Positions 24,271 to 46,662 are shown, counted from the stretch's first letter. The stretch is DNA of 64,000 nucleotides from Amoebidium appalachense (GCA_963693365.1 CAVNZM010000012.1:5530889-5594888); one strand, 5' to 3'. Notes: generated by a model from the letters alone, not told the origin. Numbers and translations: made by a program.

Positions 24271-25407
24271 CTGTCTCTCTCTATCTCCCCCTCTCCTTTC
24301 ACCGATTGCGTTTTACTGTGTATCCTTTACGGTTCCCTAGCACGTATGCCTGCTCAAGGTTTGCCGGTCCGCCTGCTTAATTGCACACTGCCTGCCTCTC
24401 CTGCCTATGCACTTTGCCTTTCAGATGTGGCCACTCCTTTCTCAATTTCTCTTCCAAAGACCTATGTCCGTTCTATTTAGTACGCCGCAGGCTCTTTTGC
24501 CAAGTTCTCCTTAGTCAATAAGCTTGCCCTAGCTTGGCCTACGAATCAAATCCTCACGGACACATGCGAGCATACAGTGCAGGGCACTACACTTCTCTAT
24601 GTACTGCTACAAAATAAGTTTTTCATCTAGCCGGCCTGACTCGGGCTGACTCAGCCCGAACCCTCGGCTCAATGGAAATTATAAAGCCCCCACCAACCAA
24701 CTTTCTGAGCGATATGACAGATCCGGGTAAATTTATCGGAAACCGGTAAAATTCAACCAGTTTCTACACTGATTAGTACAAAAAATCGGCGATCTAATCG
24801 ATAAATCGCCCGTTTCATGCCGGGAGCCTGGTACTGTCTCCTTTGCGAAATTGAGCATAGGCCCTTGTGTGGGGGTCTGCGTTTCCCATTTTTTTTTTAT
24901 AACTTTGGCTGCTTTGTACATGTTGGCCAGGCCCGAGAAAGGGAGTGAGCTTATAGAGGCTATACTACGTTTTGGTTGTGTGAGAATATAGAGGACAGAC
25001 AGGGCAGGTGTGCCGGCTGACAAGGTAGTAGTTGTGAGGTAGTTCAAGTATACGAATCGCCCTTCTGGACGACAGGCACACGCAGACACAGCTAGGCAGT
25101 TTGGCTAGGTGCACACAAACACGGGCGTAATCAGCACACGCAGGCACGCTGCCCGCAGGACACACAGGGAGGCCTAGTAGGGGTGCTAGCGCGACACAGA
25201 CGCCCCACGGGGCGGTCACGGGCAGACAGGGCGGAGGGGTCGACGGCGACAATGCCAGGCAGAGCCGCGAGCTAGTGTGCAGCCGGGCGGCAGCGCGGAA
25301 CGGGTGTGCGCACGGGCGTGCGCGCACGCAGAGGAGCGTGCGTGCACGTGCGGCCAGTGTAGCGTACGTGCAGAGAGGGGCACCGTGCGGCGCGCCAAAA
25401 TTCGAAG

Positions 25408-29753
<4,346 letters not shown>

Positions 29754-30993
29754 TTGGAGACGCAGATACACACGTGCACATACACATAGACACACAGGCA
29801 ACTCACACACGATCCACACGACACACACACACACACACATACCACATGCACACGAGCCACACCATTTTGCCCGTTGAACGTTTAGGCACACGCACGCGCA
29901 CACCCAAACACAACACACACACACACACACACACACATACACACACACACACACCACACAAGTCACATAATACATAGACACACGACGTCATGCCCGTAGA
30001 ACGTGTACATGCAAAAACCACGCACGGAGAACGAGTGCACACCGCGCACATGGGCAGGCAGGTGCAGCACATAGTGTAACAGGGTTGTTGCTAGTAGGGG
30101 GCATGCAGGGCACGTCCACCACCCTGTGCGGGCCACCACACTGCACATGCCCCGGCCCCGGCCGGCCCAGTGGGCCGCATGTAAATAATACGCCACTGAT
30201 TTGAATACGCACGTGTGTGTCTGCTTTGTGTCCGGTGGCATATATAACATGCCACCGATATGAAAACCCACATGTGTGCCTGTGTGGCCCCAGGGCATGC
30301 AAGTAACATGCTGCTCATGTGGATGTGCCCACGGCATGCAAGAAGTTGCAGCTCTGATGTGTGTCTGTTTTATGTGTTGCCCGGCGGCATGCCCGTTACG
30401 TGCCACCGACCGCACATCCACGTGTGGGCCCATTTATTCTCTGGCCGCATGCAACAACTGTTGTGTCCTAGGGGTATGCCACTGGCTCATGATTAACGCC
30501 AGGCGACATCTCCAGATCTGGAGAGAGGGGTCATTGTTGTTGTATGAAGCAATCGGATGCTTTGAGTGTTGGCAATGCTTTATTGAGCAATCAGAACACT
30601 TCAGGGTCATGTGATCATTCCCAATAACCAATCAAAAAGCTTCCCTGTTTTACCAGCTAACCAGCAGGGTGTTGGAAATCACTTTCTGAACAGCCAATAA
30701 CGGGTCATTTTAAATAGCCAATAGCCAGATGCCACAGACCCTCAGCATGACCCTGAACCAACCATACGCCTGTAGAGTGATCTTGATTGCATGCCATCTA
30801 GCTTTGTCCAGTGACTATACCCAGTATGTCATGGAAGAAGCAGGGAGACAGCAGTCAAAAGTTTCGTGTAGTACTAACATTAGGCACGCACATAAGCTGC
30901 TGATGCTATGCATGTGCACATGTGTTTATTGGCAGGTTGTCTCTTGGCCGGCCGCCTGCCACCTCATGCACCGTGCATGCATCATGTGGGCTG

Positions 30994-32522
30994 CTACCTG
31001 CCGCCCCGCAGCTTGAGGGTCAGCTGCACCAGTGACCCACTGGGGATGTTGTAGAAGGCAAGTGTCTCCGTGTCCTGCAGCAACAAATCAGCCCCTGCAC
31101 GTGTGCCCCCCAACATACCCATATGGGCGCACACGCACACAACCACACACCCACACACCCACCCACATACCTTGACAAAGTGGGGCCCGATCTGCAGCTT
31201 CTGCTTTGCCGGGGGCAGGCCTGTGTGTGCAGCAATAAATGCCTTGAGGTCAGCCACCCTAGCCATGGGCGGTAGGCTTGTGGGCAGGGTCTGGCCCTGC
31301 AGCCGCCACTCAGTCTTGTCGGCCATGACTGGCACCTGCACCGTCAGCGCCACTGGGCCCTGCACACCCACAGCCAATCAGCACCCACCAACCATGTTTT
31401 CATCGAATCAAAAGCAAGCCACCGATTCAGTGGTAGAGCAGGTACGGAAAAACATGCTGAACATGCGGCAGTGGCTTGCGTTGACATCGCACAATCCGTT
31501 TCGTTACACCCTTAATGTGGAAATCAGAAACACGATTTCAGTGGTCACCGACAGGCCGATTCTGCGGCAACTGCCACAACTGTTGAAATTGAAAGGTGCA
31601 CGAATCCCAGTATCGTTTGCATCACTCACAAGACTTGAATGCTGATTGGGACGTCTTCCCTTTGGCAATCAGGACATCAAAACTGATTGGCCACAAGCAA
31701 TCCAGCCATGCTTTCCACCTATGAGGGCCCTACCGGGTGCATTGCAGCCCATCTCGTCTGGTCGATCAGCTGGTGCTCCAGCCTGATTCGCTTGGCTGAT
31801 GGCTCATCATCGTCATCGTCATCATCAGCGGGTGCAGGCACAGAGGGGGGGGCTGCAGGGGGGGGCATGCCTGCAGCCACATATATGGTCAGCAATCACC
31901 CACCAGCCACACACAGACATGCACACACATGCACAGGCAGGCATACACATGCACAGGCATGCACACACATGCACAGGCATGAACACACATGCACAGACAT
32001 GCACATGCACGGCACTGCACCTTGGGGCATGCCGGGCATGTGCATCATGGGGGCACCGAAGGGCATGCCGGGGGCACCGGGGAAGGGCATGCCGGGCAGC
32101 ATGGGTGGCCGCATCAGTCCCAGAGCCCTGCAGCCAAGTGTCAGTCCGGCCCAAACATCATATTTGCCGTTCTACCTCCAAAGAGACAGCTAAGCTCGCA
32201 AATACAAGGGGGTAGGTCACAGGTCCCCACTTTCAGGGTAGTACCAAAGGTCACCCCCATTGAATCAGATCAGATATCACCACTATCACACTAGACGAAC
32301 AATAAACGAGCAGTCCCCACCAACCAAGCAGACCAAAGGCCACCTATCCGATTTGCAACTACCATGGGGCACTCACGGTGGCCTGGCCAGTGCACCCAGC
32401 ACCTGGGGGGCAGGCTGCAGGGGTGCGCCAGTCAGTGTGATGCCGCCTGGCCGCAGCTGGGGCACCTGCGGCCCAATCTTGTCGGCCGGGGATGGCCTGT
32501 GTGCCCCCGTCAGCATTGCTTA

Positions 32523-32560
<38 letters not shown>

Positions 32561-32775
32561 TTTTTCCACGTACGCCAATCCGTGTGCGGCCTGCAGTGCA
32601 GCCAGCTTTTCCTGTGGGGTCACTGCCTGCATGGCCAGCTTGCTTGTGACCGAGATGCTGGAGCTGTAGCCGTCCCACGTCACCTTCTTGGTCTCCTCCG
32701 TGCCCTGATACCAACATGATCCCATCAGCCCCACCACTCACCACCATCCCACCCCGTAGCCTCCACCCCCCCCCC

Positions 32776-32829
<54 letters not shown>

Positions 32830-33184
32830 ACTCCCCCCACACCATGCGCCTACCTTTGCGCCGGGCTTTGCCGTGTCGTCACCGAAGATGTCAGTGCGGT
32901 GGGGGGCCATCATCTTGAGAGCCTCCTCCATCGCAGGCCCTGCATCCCCACCAGTCAGCACCAGCACGTGCGCATTCACTGGCCCCGTGAATTGGCCCAA
33001 GATACAACCCCTCTCCCCACCATCCCTACTCCCCCCCCCCCCCCCCCCCAAACACACACACACACACACACACATACACACACACCGTTCCCAGAAATAA
33101 ATGCCCATTAACCTTAGCCCCCCCCCCCCCTTCCCCCTTCCCCCTTCCCCACCCTCCTCCCTCTTCAAAAAAAAAAATTCCCAC

Positions 33185-33254
<70 letters not shown>

Positions 33255-35099
33255 TATGGAACTTCTTCATCAACCCCCCTCCCCCCTTCCCTCCCGCCGG
33301 CCCTACACCAACCCTCAGACCCCGTTCCCCATCCTTCTTGCCCCCCTCCCCCCCCCTCCTCCCCTCCCCCCCTTGCCCATCCCCTCACCACCCCCCACCC
33401 ACACACGTACCTCCCACATATGCCTCGCCACCTGCAGCACGGTCCCTCTCTGCCCTCTCCCTCTGCTCTCTCCAGCGGGGGTCCAGCAGCTCGATGCGGA
33501 TGTGCTCCTGGATCTCCCCCACAAGGATGCTCTGCACCGCACACACACACACGTCAGATCACTGCCCATCAGCAGCACCCCCCCCCCCCCATCCCCGAGG
33601 CCACGTACCTGCTTGCACAGGGGGCACACTTGGTACTTCTGCTGCCCAGATGCCTTCTTGGCTGTGGGCCCACTGTCAGCATCACAACCCACCAAGCCCA
33701 TCCAAGACACACACACCAGCATCACGGTAGTCGACACACGGAGATACACAGTTAGGCTTGAAAATTGAAAAGGCATTAGGAATGAAGCGGACTGGAATGA
33801 AGCGCACGCGCACACACACACAAGTAAACGCATGCAAGGACGCAGGGCCCATGGCTTGCACACAGACACCCCAGCACACACCCTCACCCAGAGATGAAGG
33901 CCCGCACATGCCACACATGCACAGACACGGACACACACAGGCGCATACAGTTAGGCTTGAAAATTGAAAAGGCATTAGGGAATGAAGCGGACTGCAGAGA
34001 GAGTCATTGGTTCGACCATTGCCACTTGTGTCTTGGTTGGTTCCAAGTTCCCTTTGGAACCAACCAACCCCCCCCTCCCCCCTCCCCCCCCCCCCCCCCC
34101 CATAAAAAGGAAAGAAAAAAAAAGGAAAAAAAAAAACCCGAACACACAGACAAGCACATGCAGACACTCGGACACACACACTTGACCTACACACAACACA
34201 GACACGTACATCTGACAACAGATACGCACAAAGACATGTGCAAGAGGGCACAGAGTCCCAAGAGAGTGCTCATAGAGAAAATCGTGAACACGCACCTAGA
34301 GATATGCACAAACAGGTGCACACACAAAGGCACACACACTCACAAACTCCAGCATGCACCCGGCATGCATGCCCACACACAGATACACAGGCGCGCACAC
34401 AGATACACACACACACACACGCACACATGCACACACACACACACACGCACGCACACACTCACCCCCCCACACACACACACACCCACACCCACACACACCC
34501 TTCTTGGGGTCGTAGTCCTTGACGATGACCTGTGATGGCTCTGGGGCCGACACTGGCTCTGCAAACTGCTGCTCTTGAACCTGTTGGCAAGGTCAGCACC
34601 CACCACCAACCCGCCCAACACAGCCGCGCACATCTACACACACACCGGCATGTGGAGATTTGCACAAAACCTACGCACAAAACCTACTCCGGAAAAGAGA
34701 CACACAGACACACATACAAAATACACAGAGTCCAACACAAACACAGGCACATGTTACACATGTAAGGAGACACACAGAGAGGCACACACACCTGCACAAA
34801 TGCACAGAGACACACATGCGCGCGCACACACATGCACACGCACACGCAAGCACACAGACACAGGCACGTGCACGCGTGCATGCACACACACACACACAAA
34901 AAAAAAAAAAAGACACACACACACACACATGCACGCACGTGCGCGAGCACACACACAAACACACACACACACACGTACACGCGCGCATGCACACACACCC
35001 ATCCACCCACCCACCCACCCACCCACCCATCCACACACACGCGCGTGTGTACACGCGTGCATGCACACACGCCCACCCACCCACCCACCAACACCCACA

Positions 35100-35154
<55 letters not shown>

Positions 35155-38100
35155 CGGTGTTGGGGACTCTACGTCCATGTCCACGTCCATATCCACCTCC
35201 TCAACCTCCATGTCCTGTCCCTGCCTGTCAGCACTCCCTTCAAACCCCCCCCCCCCCCTGTCTGCGAACCCACCTGGTCCCTCTCTGGCTCCATCTCCTC
35301 CACAGGCTCTCCCTCTGCCTGTTCCTCCTCTTCCTCCTCCCCCCCCTCCTCCCCCACCTCCTCCTCGTACTCTGGCTCTGGCTGGATGCCCAGCTGCCGC
35401 ATGGCCTCGAGTCTCTCCTGCTCCAGCACTCGCACAGCAAGCGTCTTGGGCTGCAGCACACGTCAGCACGTGCAGCAACACACACACAGCACACACGTGC
35501 TGCCACACACAGCACACACACTGCACGTACATCGACAGGCGGGGGCAGGTCTGTGTCTTCGTCCTCGGGGAAGGGCACGGTCTCGACGATGACAAAGTCG
35601 TGCCAGTCGATGCTCATGTACTCCACTGCAAGCCCAGCCACCAGGCAGATTAATTAAAGCAAGCAAGCCCATATTCAAATTAAATAAAGCAAGCAAACCC
35701 CCCAGTCACGTCCCGGCAACCCCCCCAGGCTACCAAGCAGATTTCAGCCCCTTCCCCCCCCGTCCCGTTCCCCCCCCCCCCCCAACCCAACCCCAACCAC
35801 CCCATCCCTCCGCCGCCAATCAGACTCCAGCCCCTTAATCTCAAGCCCCACCCGCCAGGCACCATTCTATTCCACCAACCCCCCCCTTACATCTCTCCCT
35901 CTCTGCCTCGACCTCCTCCCTCTTCTTCCTCTGCAGCTCCAGCTTTGCCCATGCCACCCGCTTGTCGATGCGCTGCAGCACCTGCCCACACCCCCATGGT
36001 TGGTATGTCAGTGCTTGTGTGTGTGTGTGAACCTCGCTCCCTCCCTCTCTAGCTCCGTCTTTGTGTGTGTACCCCTCTGCCCCCCTCAGTGTGTGCGTGT
36101 ATGTACCAACCCACCTTCAGCGTATGTGTGTGTGCATCCCCCCCCCCTGCTTCCTCCCTCCCCTCCCCACTGTGCACCTCTGACCTCTCGTTTGTGTGTG
36201 GTGCCCCCCCCCCCCCCCCCCCCCCCGTGTTTATATGTGCACCTCCGTCCCCCCCCCCCCCCCCCCCCCCCCCCCCACCACCACCACCACCCCTCTCCCC
36301 TCCCCCCCCGGTTGCATGTGTGCACTGTGCAATCCTCACCCCGGGCCCCCTCCCCCCTCCCCGACGTCAACCTCCACACATGCCCACAGAGTATTTGTGT
36401 GTGCACCCCTCAATCCTCCCGCCCAAAATGTTTGCGTGCACCCCTCAATCCTCCCGCCCAAAATGTTTGCGTGCACCCCTCAATCCCCCCTCCCCCCTCC
36501 CCCCCCCCCCCCCCCCCCCCCCAGGTGTTTGTGTGTGTGCACTCCCTAACACCCAGCGTCTGTGTGTCCACCCATCCCCCCCCCCCCCCCCCCCCTTTCT
36601 CCCCCGTCTATTGTCACCCCTCACTCCCCCCCTCCCTTCGCCTCCCCTTTAGCCCACCAGTGGTTTTTGGTGTGTGCAACCCTCGCACCTCCCCACACGC
36701 AGCGCCTGTGTGGGTGCACCCCCTCCCCAGTGTTTGTGTCCGTGCACCCATCCCTCTCTCCGCCCCCACCCCCCCAGTGTTTGTGTGTGTGTCCTCCCCC
36801 CTCCCTCCCCCCCCCATCCCTGTGTGTATGCACCCCTCAACCCCACCCCCCACCCCCCACCCCCCAGTGTTTGTGTAGGTGCGCCCTCCTCCCCCCCTCC
36901 CCCCTCCCTCCACTGTGATTATGCCCCAGGGCCGTACCTCGCTCTTGCTGAGGGCATCCATGCGCAGACCCTCCTTGACCCCCTTGGGTGGAATCATCAC
37001 CTGCCCCCATAAACGTCAACACCCCCTTCCTCCCACACCCACTGCCAAACACCCCTTCCCTTCCCCCCTCCCCTCCTTCTCCCCCTCCCCCCGCCCCCCC
37101 ACCTTTGTGTACTGCTCGACCAGCTTAGTGAAGTAGTTGAAGAGGGAGTGCTGGGGCTTGAGGAAGTCAAAATGGTAGTTTCGTGCCTCCCTGCGCATCA
37201 GGTCTCGCAGGAACCCCTGCCCGTTGCGGGCCACAAAAAGTGCCGTCAGCTTGACCAGCGAGCTGCATCGCCCCCGCCAACGTCAGCATCCCCCCCTACC
37301 AAACCCCCCTCTCCCCCCTGACACGCACATGTCCTGGGCCGATATTGTGGGCACTGTGACGCTAAATTCAAAGTCTGGGGGGGGCTCTACGGGCTTTGAC
37401 GCCTCCACGGGTGCTGCTGCTTGCCGTGTCTCCGCTGCCTGCGCCTGGGTGGCTGTCAGCTCTCATCCTCCCCTCCCCCCCCCCCCCCAAAAAAGCCCCC
37501 CCCGCGCCCCACCAAGCCCCCCCCAGCCTGTCCCCCACATACCTTCTGTGCCTGGCCTGGTGCTGGTGCTGTGCCCAACCCCGTGTCAGCACCACAGACA
37601 CACACACAGGCCCGTGCCCACAGACCACCCGTGTGTCCACCCGGCCCCACGTGGAGCCCAACCATGCATATTGAAATAATGTACAAGTGCATAGGCCCAA
37701 CCATGCATATTGAAATAATGTACAAGTGCATAGGCCCAACCATCCATATTGAAATAATGTACAAGTGCATAGGCCCAACCATCCATATTGAAATAATGTA
37801 CAAGTGCATAGGCCCCCGACAGCCCCACACAGGTATTCCACATAAGGCAAACCTCACCCGTCCACCCACTCAACCATACACCGGCACCAACCCCCCTCCC
37901 CCTCCCCCTCCCCCTCCCCACACACACACATACACACACACGTACACACACATACACACACACATACACACACACACACACACATACACACAAACATACA
38001 CACACGCATACACACACACATACACACACACCACATGCACCAAACGCAGTGCACGTTTTCGCCGCCACCAACACCCACCTCCCCATGAAAAACAGGCCCG

Positions 38101-38609
38101 CTTGCAACACCACACATCCAGCCACCCGCACAACCACAAAAACCGTACACATGCACACACCCACATAAAGAGCCCGTCCAGCACACACCTTGGCCCCCGT
38201 CCCTGACACGCATCTGGTAGTACGCATGGTAGGGGTCGCCTAGGTTCAGAAACGAGAACTTGGGGTTTTTAGCCTCGTTCTGTCGCACCTTCTCCTCAAA
38301 CTCGGCTCCATTCCTGGACACGAACTGGGCCGTCTTGTCGATAATGTCTGGGCGTGAGTTAGGGCAGAAAACCCAGAAATAAGAAAAAGGAAGACGGTAA
38401 CAGGCCAGCGCACAAGGGTTCTACCAGCAGATGTTGTTGTTTTTGTTTTTTTTGGTTCCGGCGCGGGGGGGGGGGGGGGGAGGGGGAGAAAGGAGGGGGG
38501 GAGCAATTGAAAGGATACTGCGCAGCTCTGGGGGCGGGTAGATGATGCCCACTATCTTGGTGGCTATGGCAGACGCCGCCGGCTGCTCGTCCCTGTTGGC
38601 TTCCACCAT
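30994..38609 (-). CDS. SF3A1: Splicing factor 3A subunit 1 (Prp21; two SURP domains, C-terminal ubiquitin-like domain)
   Basis: Motifs in order: [11 protein letters not shown]|[96 protein letters not shown] and TLAFYN..LKLRGGR*. AATAAA lies ~70 nt downstream of the stop. Confidence 0.96.
37655..37816. repeat. 39-bp minisatellite x4 in SF3A1 intron
   Basis: Repeat unit ggcccaaccat(g/c)catattgaaataatgtacaagtgcata. Confidence 0.9.
38348..38518 (-). other. U12-type (minor spliceosome) GT-AG intron, SF3A1 intron 1
   Basis: The donor is GTATCCTTT, and branch-like TGCCCTAAC ends 10 nt before the exon. Splicing restores ELR-N-IIDKTA. Confidence 0.8.
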
Positions 38610-39191
38610 CCTGCCTGTGTGCCTGCCTGCGTGGCCTGTGTGCCTGTATGCCTAACCGCCTCTGCCTGCCTGACTTGTCTATCTAACTTCCTGTGTGTCT
38701 GCCTACCTGGCTATGTGTCTGCCTGTCTGCCTGTGTGCCTGCTAACCCTCTGCTTCCTTTTCAAGTCTGCACACAGCTGGTTGTGTTTGAAGCGCTAGCG
38801 CGTGCGCCCGCCGAAATAATTCCGCCAAGTCATATAAGGCCACCCACCAAACATCGATCTGCAAAAATTTGCGATCGATCGCCTAGAGGCCGCCTCAGAC
38901 CTGTAGCCGCTGCAAAGATCCAGAGCTCACTCCGACACACACACACACAGGAACAGGCAGAAAAGCTAACACGTACTGACGTGTTGCCGCACGTGCGACG
39001 TTATACACCTACGCTTTTAAGTAAAAAAAAAAAAAAAAAAAAAAAAAGAAAAAAGAAAGGAAACACCGCCTCAGTAGGTGGTAGGCAGACAAGCAGACGA
39101 GTAATAATCCCAAGGTCAGGCCACGAATACATGTATACAGCTGCCAGCTGCGGGCACCGCGCATTGCCTGCAGGCGCTGCTGGGCCGCAGC

Positions 39192-39812
39192 ATGGGCTAT
39201 GTTGCGCTGTACGACCTGGGCCTGACGCCGCAGCTGCTGGCCACGTCTGTGCTGCTGCCCGTGGCTCTGCGCCCTCCCGCCGCCCCACCGGCCCCGCCCC
39301 CCGACGCGAAGGAGTCGCCCAAGAAGCAGGCCACGCTGCAGCAGCTGTGGGCGCCGGTAAGCGACAAGCTCAAGGAGCCCGCGCCTGTGCCCGCTGCACC
39401 GGTCACGTGGGTGCGGGTGGATCCAGTGGCACCAGCAGATAAGGCCAGTGCCCCCGTGCGGCCGGCAACAGCCAAGGCGCCAAAACCCGTGCCCAAGACT
39501 ACACAAAGGCCCACAGAGGTAGCAGATAAACAGCAAGAGCCCGTCGACAAGCCGCCCAAGCGCACTAGTGTGCCCAGCGACCCGGCACCCGTGCTTCCCC
39601 GCCAGGGTGGGGCCCTAGAATCGCAAGCAGGGGAGGGTGGTAGCGAGAGTGAGCTGGCGGGGGTGTTCAGAGAGATGCGCGAACTGCGGCGCAAACAACG
39701 CAAGTACGCGAGCAAGCTGGAGCGTTACTCGGGCCAGCTGGCAAGGCTGGCAAGGCTGGCTGAGCGCCTAGCGGGCATACCTTCGGCAGGAGCAGGGGCT
39801 GCTGACAGATAG
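39192..39812 (+). CDS. Hypothetical 206-aa protein, Pro/Ala/Lys-rich middle, C-terminal coiled coil
   Basis: Non-repetitive ORF with GC3-rich codons like the neighbouring exons, divergent from SF3A1. ELAGVFREMRELRRKQRKYASKLERYSGQLARLARLAERL is heptad-like. No family recognised. Confidence 0.6.
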   Translation: MGYVALYDLGLTPQLLATSVLLPVALRPPAAPPAPPPDAKESPKKQATLQQLWAPVSDKLKEPAPVPAAPVTWVRVDPVAPADKASAPVRPATAKAPKPVPKTTQRPTEVADKQQEPVDKPPKRTSVPSDPAPVLPRQGGALESQAGEGGSESELAGVFREMRELRRKQRKYASKLERYSGQLARLARLAERLAGIPSAGAGAADR

Positions 39813-40547
39813 GAGGTGGCAAGTGGGTAACGAGTTATTGGGTTACCGTTCAAGTATAGAGGGCTGGGGATGTGATTATGCAAATGCATGAATGTACCGT
39901 GAAGCAACTCGAAGTTGGAATGAATTTGACAAGAGCAGCAGACTGGCTCTGTTGCTGTACACACTGACAAGTATTGTGTCACACTCTGGCTGTGCAGTAG
40001 CATACGGCGGAACGTAAAACGAAAGACCGGGTGCACCGTCGTGGGAAGGGAAGGAGGAGGGGAGAAGGGGGAGGGGGAGGGGGGGGGGGGGGGGGGGGGC
40101 AGCTCAACGTTGGTGTTCCCTTCCATGACCATGTTTGCCAACCGCACCAGCACACTGCATCCAGAAGCTCAAACAATGGGAGTGCAGCGGTTATCAAAAT
40201 GTCTTCCCTGTTTGCTCCTGTGTTGGCATATCATCTGGACGGCAGTGTCACATGGCAAGTTGGCAAGAACCCTCTGGCCACAAGCCCTGCCCCTCCCTGC
40301 ACAACCGCTGCCGGAGCAGAGGAGGAGTACAAATGTCTCGCAAGGCCCCGATCGCAAACGACGATTGCATATTGTTGTTAGGATTTGCGCCCGGCCCTGG
40401 GCGGCCCAGCCCAATAGACATGGGTCACGCAACAGCAGGGCGCTTTTTATTAGTGTCACAGTGTTGAAGTGTGTAGGGCGCGGCTAGAGAGGAAGAGCAC
40501 TACCGTTGCGCTGTGCGGGTGCGTGGGGCACACAGGCGGCCACAGCC

Positions 40548-44289
<3,742 letters not shown>

Positions 44290-45303
44290 GCAGCCCCACG
44301 TCGAATGCACCCACCAGCACCATGCGCGTATGCCCCGCTTCTGTATGACCACACACCTAAGCCACATGCGGCCTGCCCCAAAATGCCATGCCTGGGGCTG
44401 GCGCCTAGATTAAGCCAATAATAACGATGTAATTGTCCGTGCTTGGTGTCTGTCCACGGCCCGGGGTGTACACGTGCCTGTTCAAGGCCACACATATGCA
44501 GCTGTAGGCACCCGTAAAAGGTGGAGCACTGGGGCCCACTCATGGATGTGGGAAAGCACGTGTTTGAGCCCATGCATGCAGGTATAGGGGTGCATGTTCG
44601 GTGTGTGGGGAGGTTGATGCTTTCTTTGTGTGTGCCGAGGTGCAGCTCTTTAGGGCACGTACCTGCACGTGTTCGGAGTGGAGGTTTGTGGTTGCTGATC
44701 AGGATTCAATACTACTGACCTGACAAACCAAGTGTAATTCTCCATGCATGGCTACATAGAATGTCGGCGTTTTTGTGGCCACGTGCTGGTCAGTAGCCAG
44801 GCAGTGCTTGCATGCCCCATAGCCACCATGTACATCAGATTGACCAGGCAGTGCACCGTGTCTCCAAGTTCGGGGGCACAGCAAGAATAGATAGGGCTCG
44901 ACGGCACGTTGCATATGCATGGCGGTGGCGGTATGGTGGCTGCATGGCTGTGCCTGCATGTGACCACAGTCATGCAACCGGTAGCAGTGGTCTTGTGTGG
45001 TGCCCCACTAGGCCAGTGAGGTGGCCCTCTGAACTTGTGCCTGTTAGAGGGCCAACTTAATTGAACACAGGCGACACATGCTGCCTGCCTTTACGTCCCG
45101 GCGCGCAACCCCTCAGGGATGATGCTGCAACCCCCCTCCTCCCCCTCCCCTTCCCCCTCCCTTGCCCCACCGTACTAATGTATACCGGGTTCTCCAACTC
45201 TCACGGCCAACTTCATGCTTGCTCCCTCCCCCCCCCCCCCCCCCCCCTTGTTCCTACTACATTACAGTAAACAAGAATCGTGCTGCAGACATGTCTTGGC
45301 CAG

Positions 45304-45347
<44 letters not shown>

Positions 45348-46629
45348 ACCCACCCACCCACCCACCCCCCCCCCCCCCCCCCCCCCCCGCCTTCGAGCAA
45401 TCCCTCTCCGCCCGGGGTACCGGTACCGTACCGGCTAACGTTGATCACTTCCCCGTAGCTCCTCCCCGTAACGGCCATATTGCGGGATCGGCCCTGCAGT
45501 TAACATTATCTCGGCTCCCTATGGATGCCCACCATGTCCCACCGTTCCCCGGCAACTTTTGCTGTTGCTATCTGCCAGGAGAACATAAGAACAACCCGCA
45601 TGGGGCCAGATGGCAGGGGCAGGCAGGCAGCAAGTGCTGGGGGACAGTGGGGCCACCTCAAGACTTCGGTGCCTCGTGTAGCGCGGGTGCATGCGTGGGA
45701 CCAGGGCACCACATGGCCCTACGGGTACCCCCTGACTCGTGTGGGTCTCACAAGGCCTGCTGGAGGAATGCATGCAGGTGTGTATGACTGTCACATGTCA
45801 TTGATCAAGGTGGGTGGGTGGGGGAATATGTAGCCGTATGCACTGAGATATCAGCGTGCCTGCTATGGTTGGATCCAGCCATCCAGCCACATTCGAAACA
45901 CCTGCATGGCTTCAGCCATAGAGATACCAGACACCGCCGGCCGTTAAGATTCTCCTTAAAAAGGGGTTGTGGGACATGGAAGGCCGGCAGTGCTCTCAGT
46001 GTCTCATTCTTTCCTTTTTTGGGGTGGAGGAGGGGGGGGGGAGTGGGGTAGCTAGGCCTCTAGCCTACTTCAACATTTGTGCATCCGTGCAGGCAGCACG
46101 GGAGCTACCTTACACAGAACCAACAAACGTGTCCATCACCATGCCTTTGTGTGATTATGCCGCTATTATGGGGTTTTTTTTGCAGCCTGCTTGGGTCAAG
46201 CATGAATAAGCCTGCTCCAACGTGCTCGATCAGTCAGTCAGCCAATAATTACATGCAATATTCTGGCAGCAGGAGATGGATCATAAAAATTCCTGTATTG
46301 GCTGCCAGCGTACTCTTAAAAGCGGAGAATATTCATGGCGGACGGTATTTGTACATACTGGGGCACTGCTAGTTCTTTGCAACAAATAGGACATATCCAC
46401 ATGCACGCAAATTAAGATTCTCTGCTCATGATCGACCTGCCGGCTCGAGCTTGCGAGGCATTGTGGTTAGGGGTAGCCGGGATCGGCTGCATTATGACAC
46501 TGTGTCTATTCACACCGAAGTTCCCACCTTTTGTTGGTGTGTGGGGCTTTACAGTACCGTTTGGTATTGGCATGATGAGACCATGGCTTTCCTCAAAAAC
46601 CTTTCGGCCTGTGAAGGGAGGAGGAGGAA

Positions 46630-46662
<33 letters not shown>

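Noticed and set aside
24320-24522. Second perfect GTATCCTTT on the plus strand with TCCTTAG downstream
   Set aside because: No flanking exons or reading frame could be assigned. It may be chance or a UTR intron and cannot be supported without RNA data.
30601-30756. 11-bp inverted repeat TCAGGGTCATG around CCAAT-rich DNA, possible hAT MITE
   Set aside because: No matching 8-bp TSD and the repeat is short.
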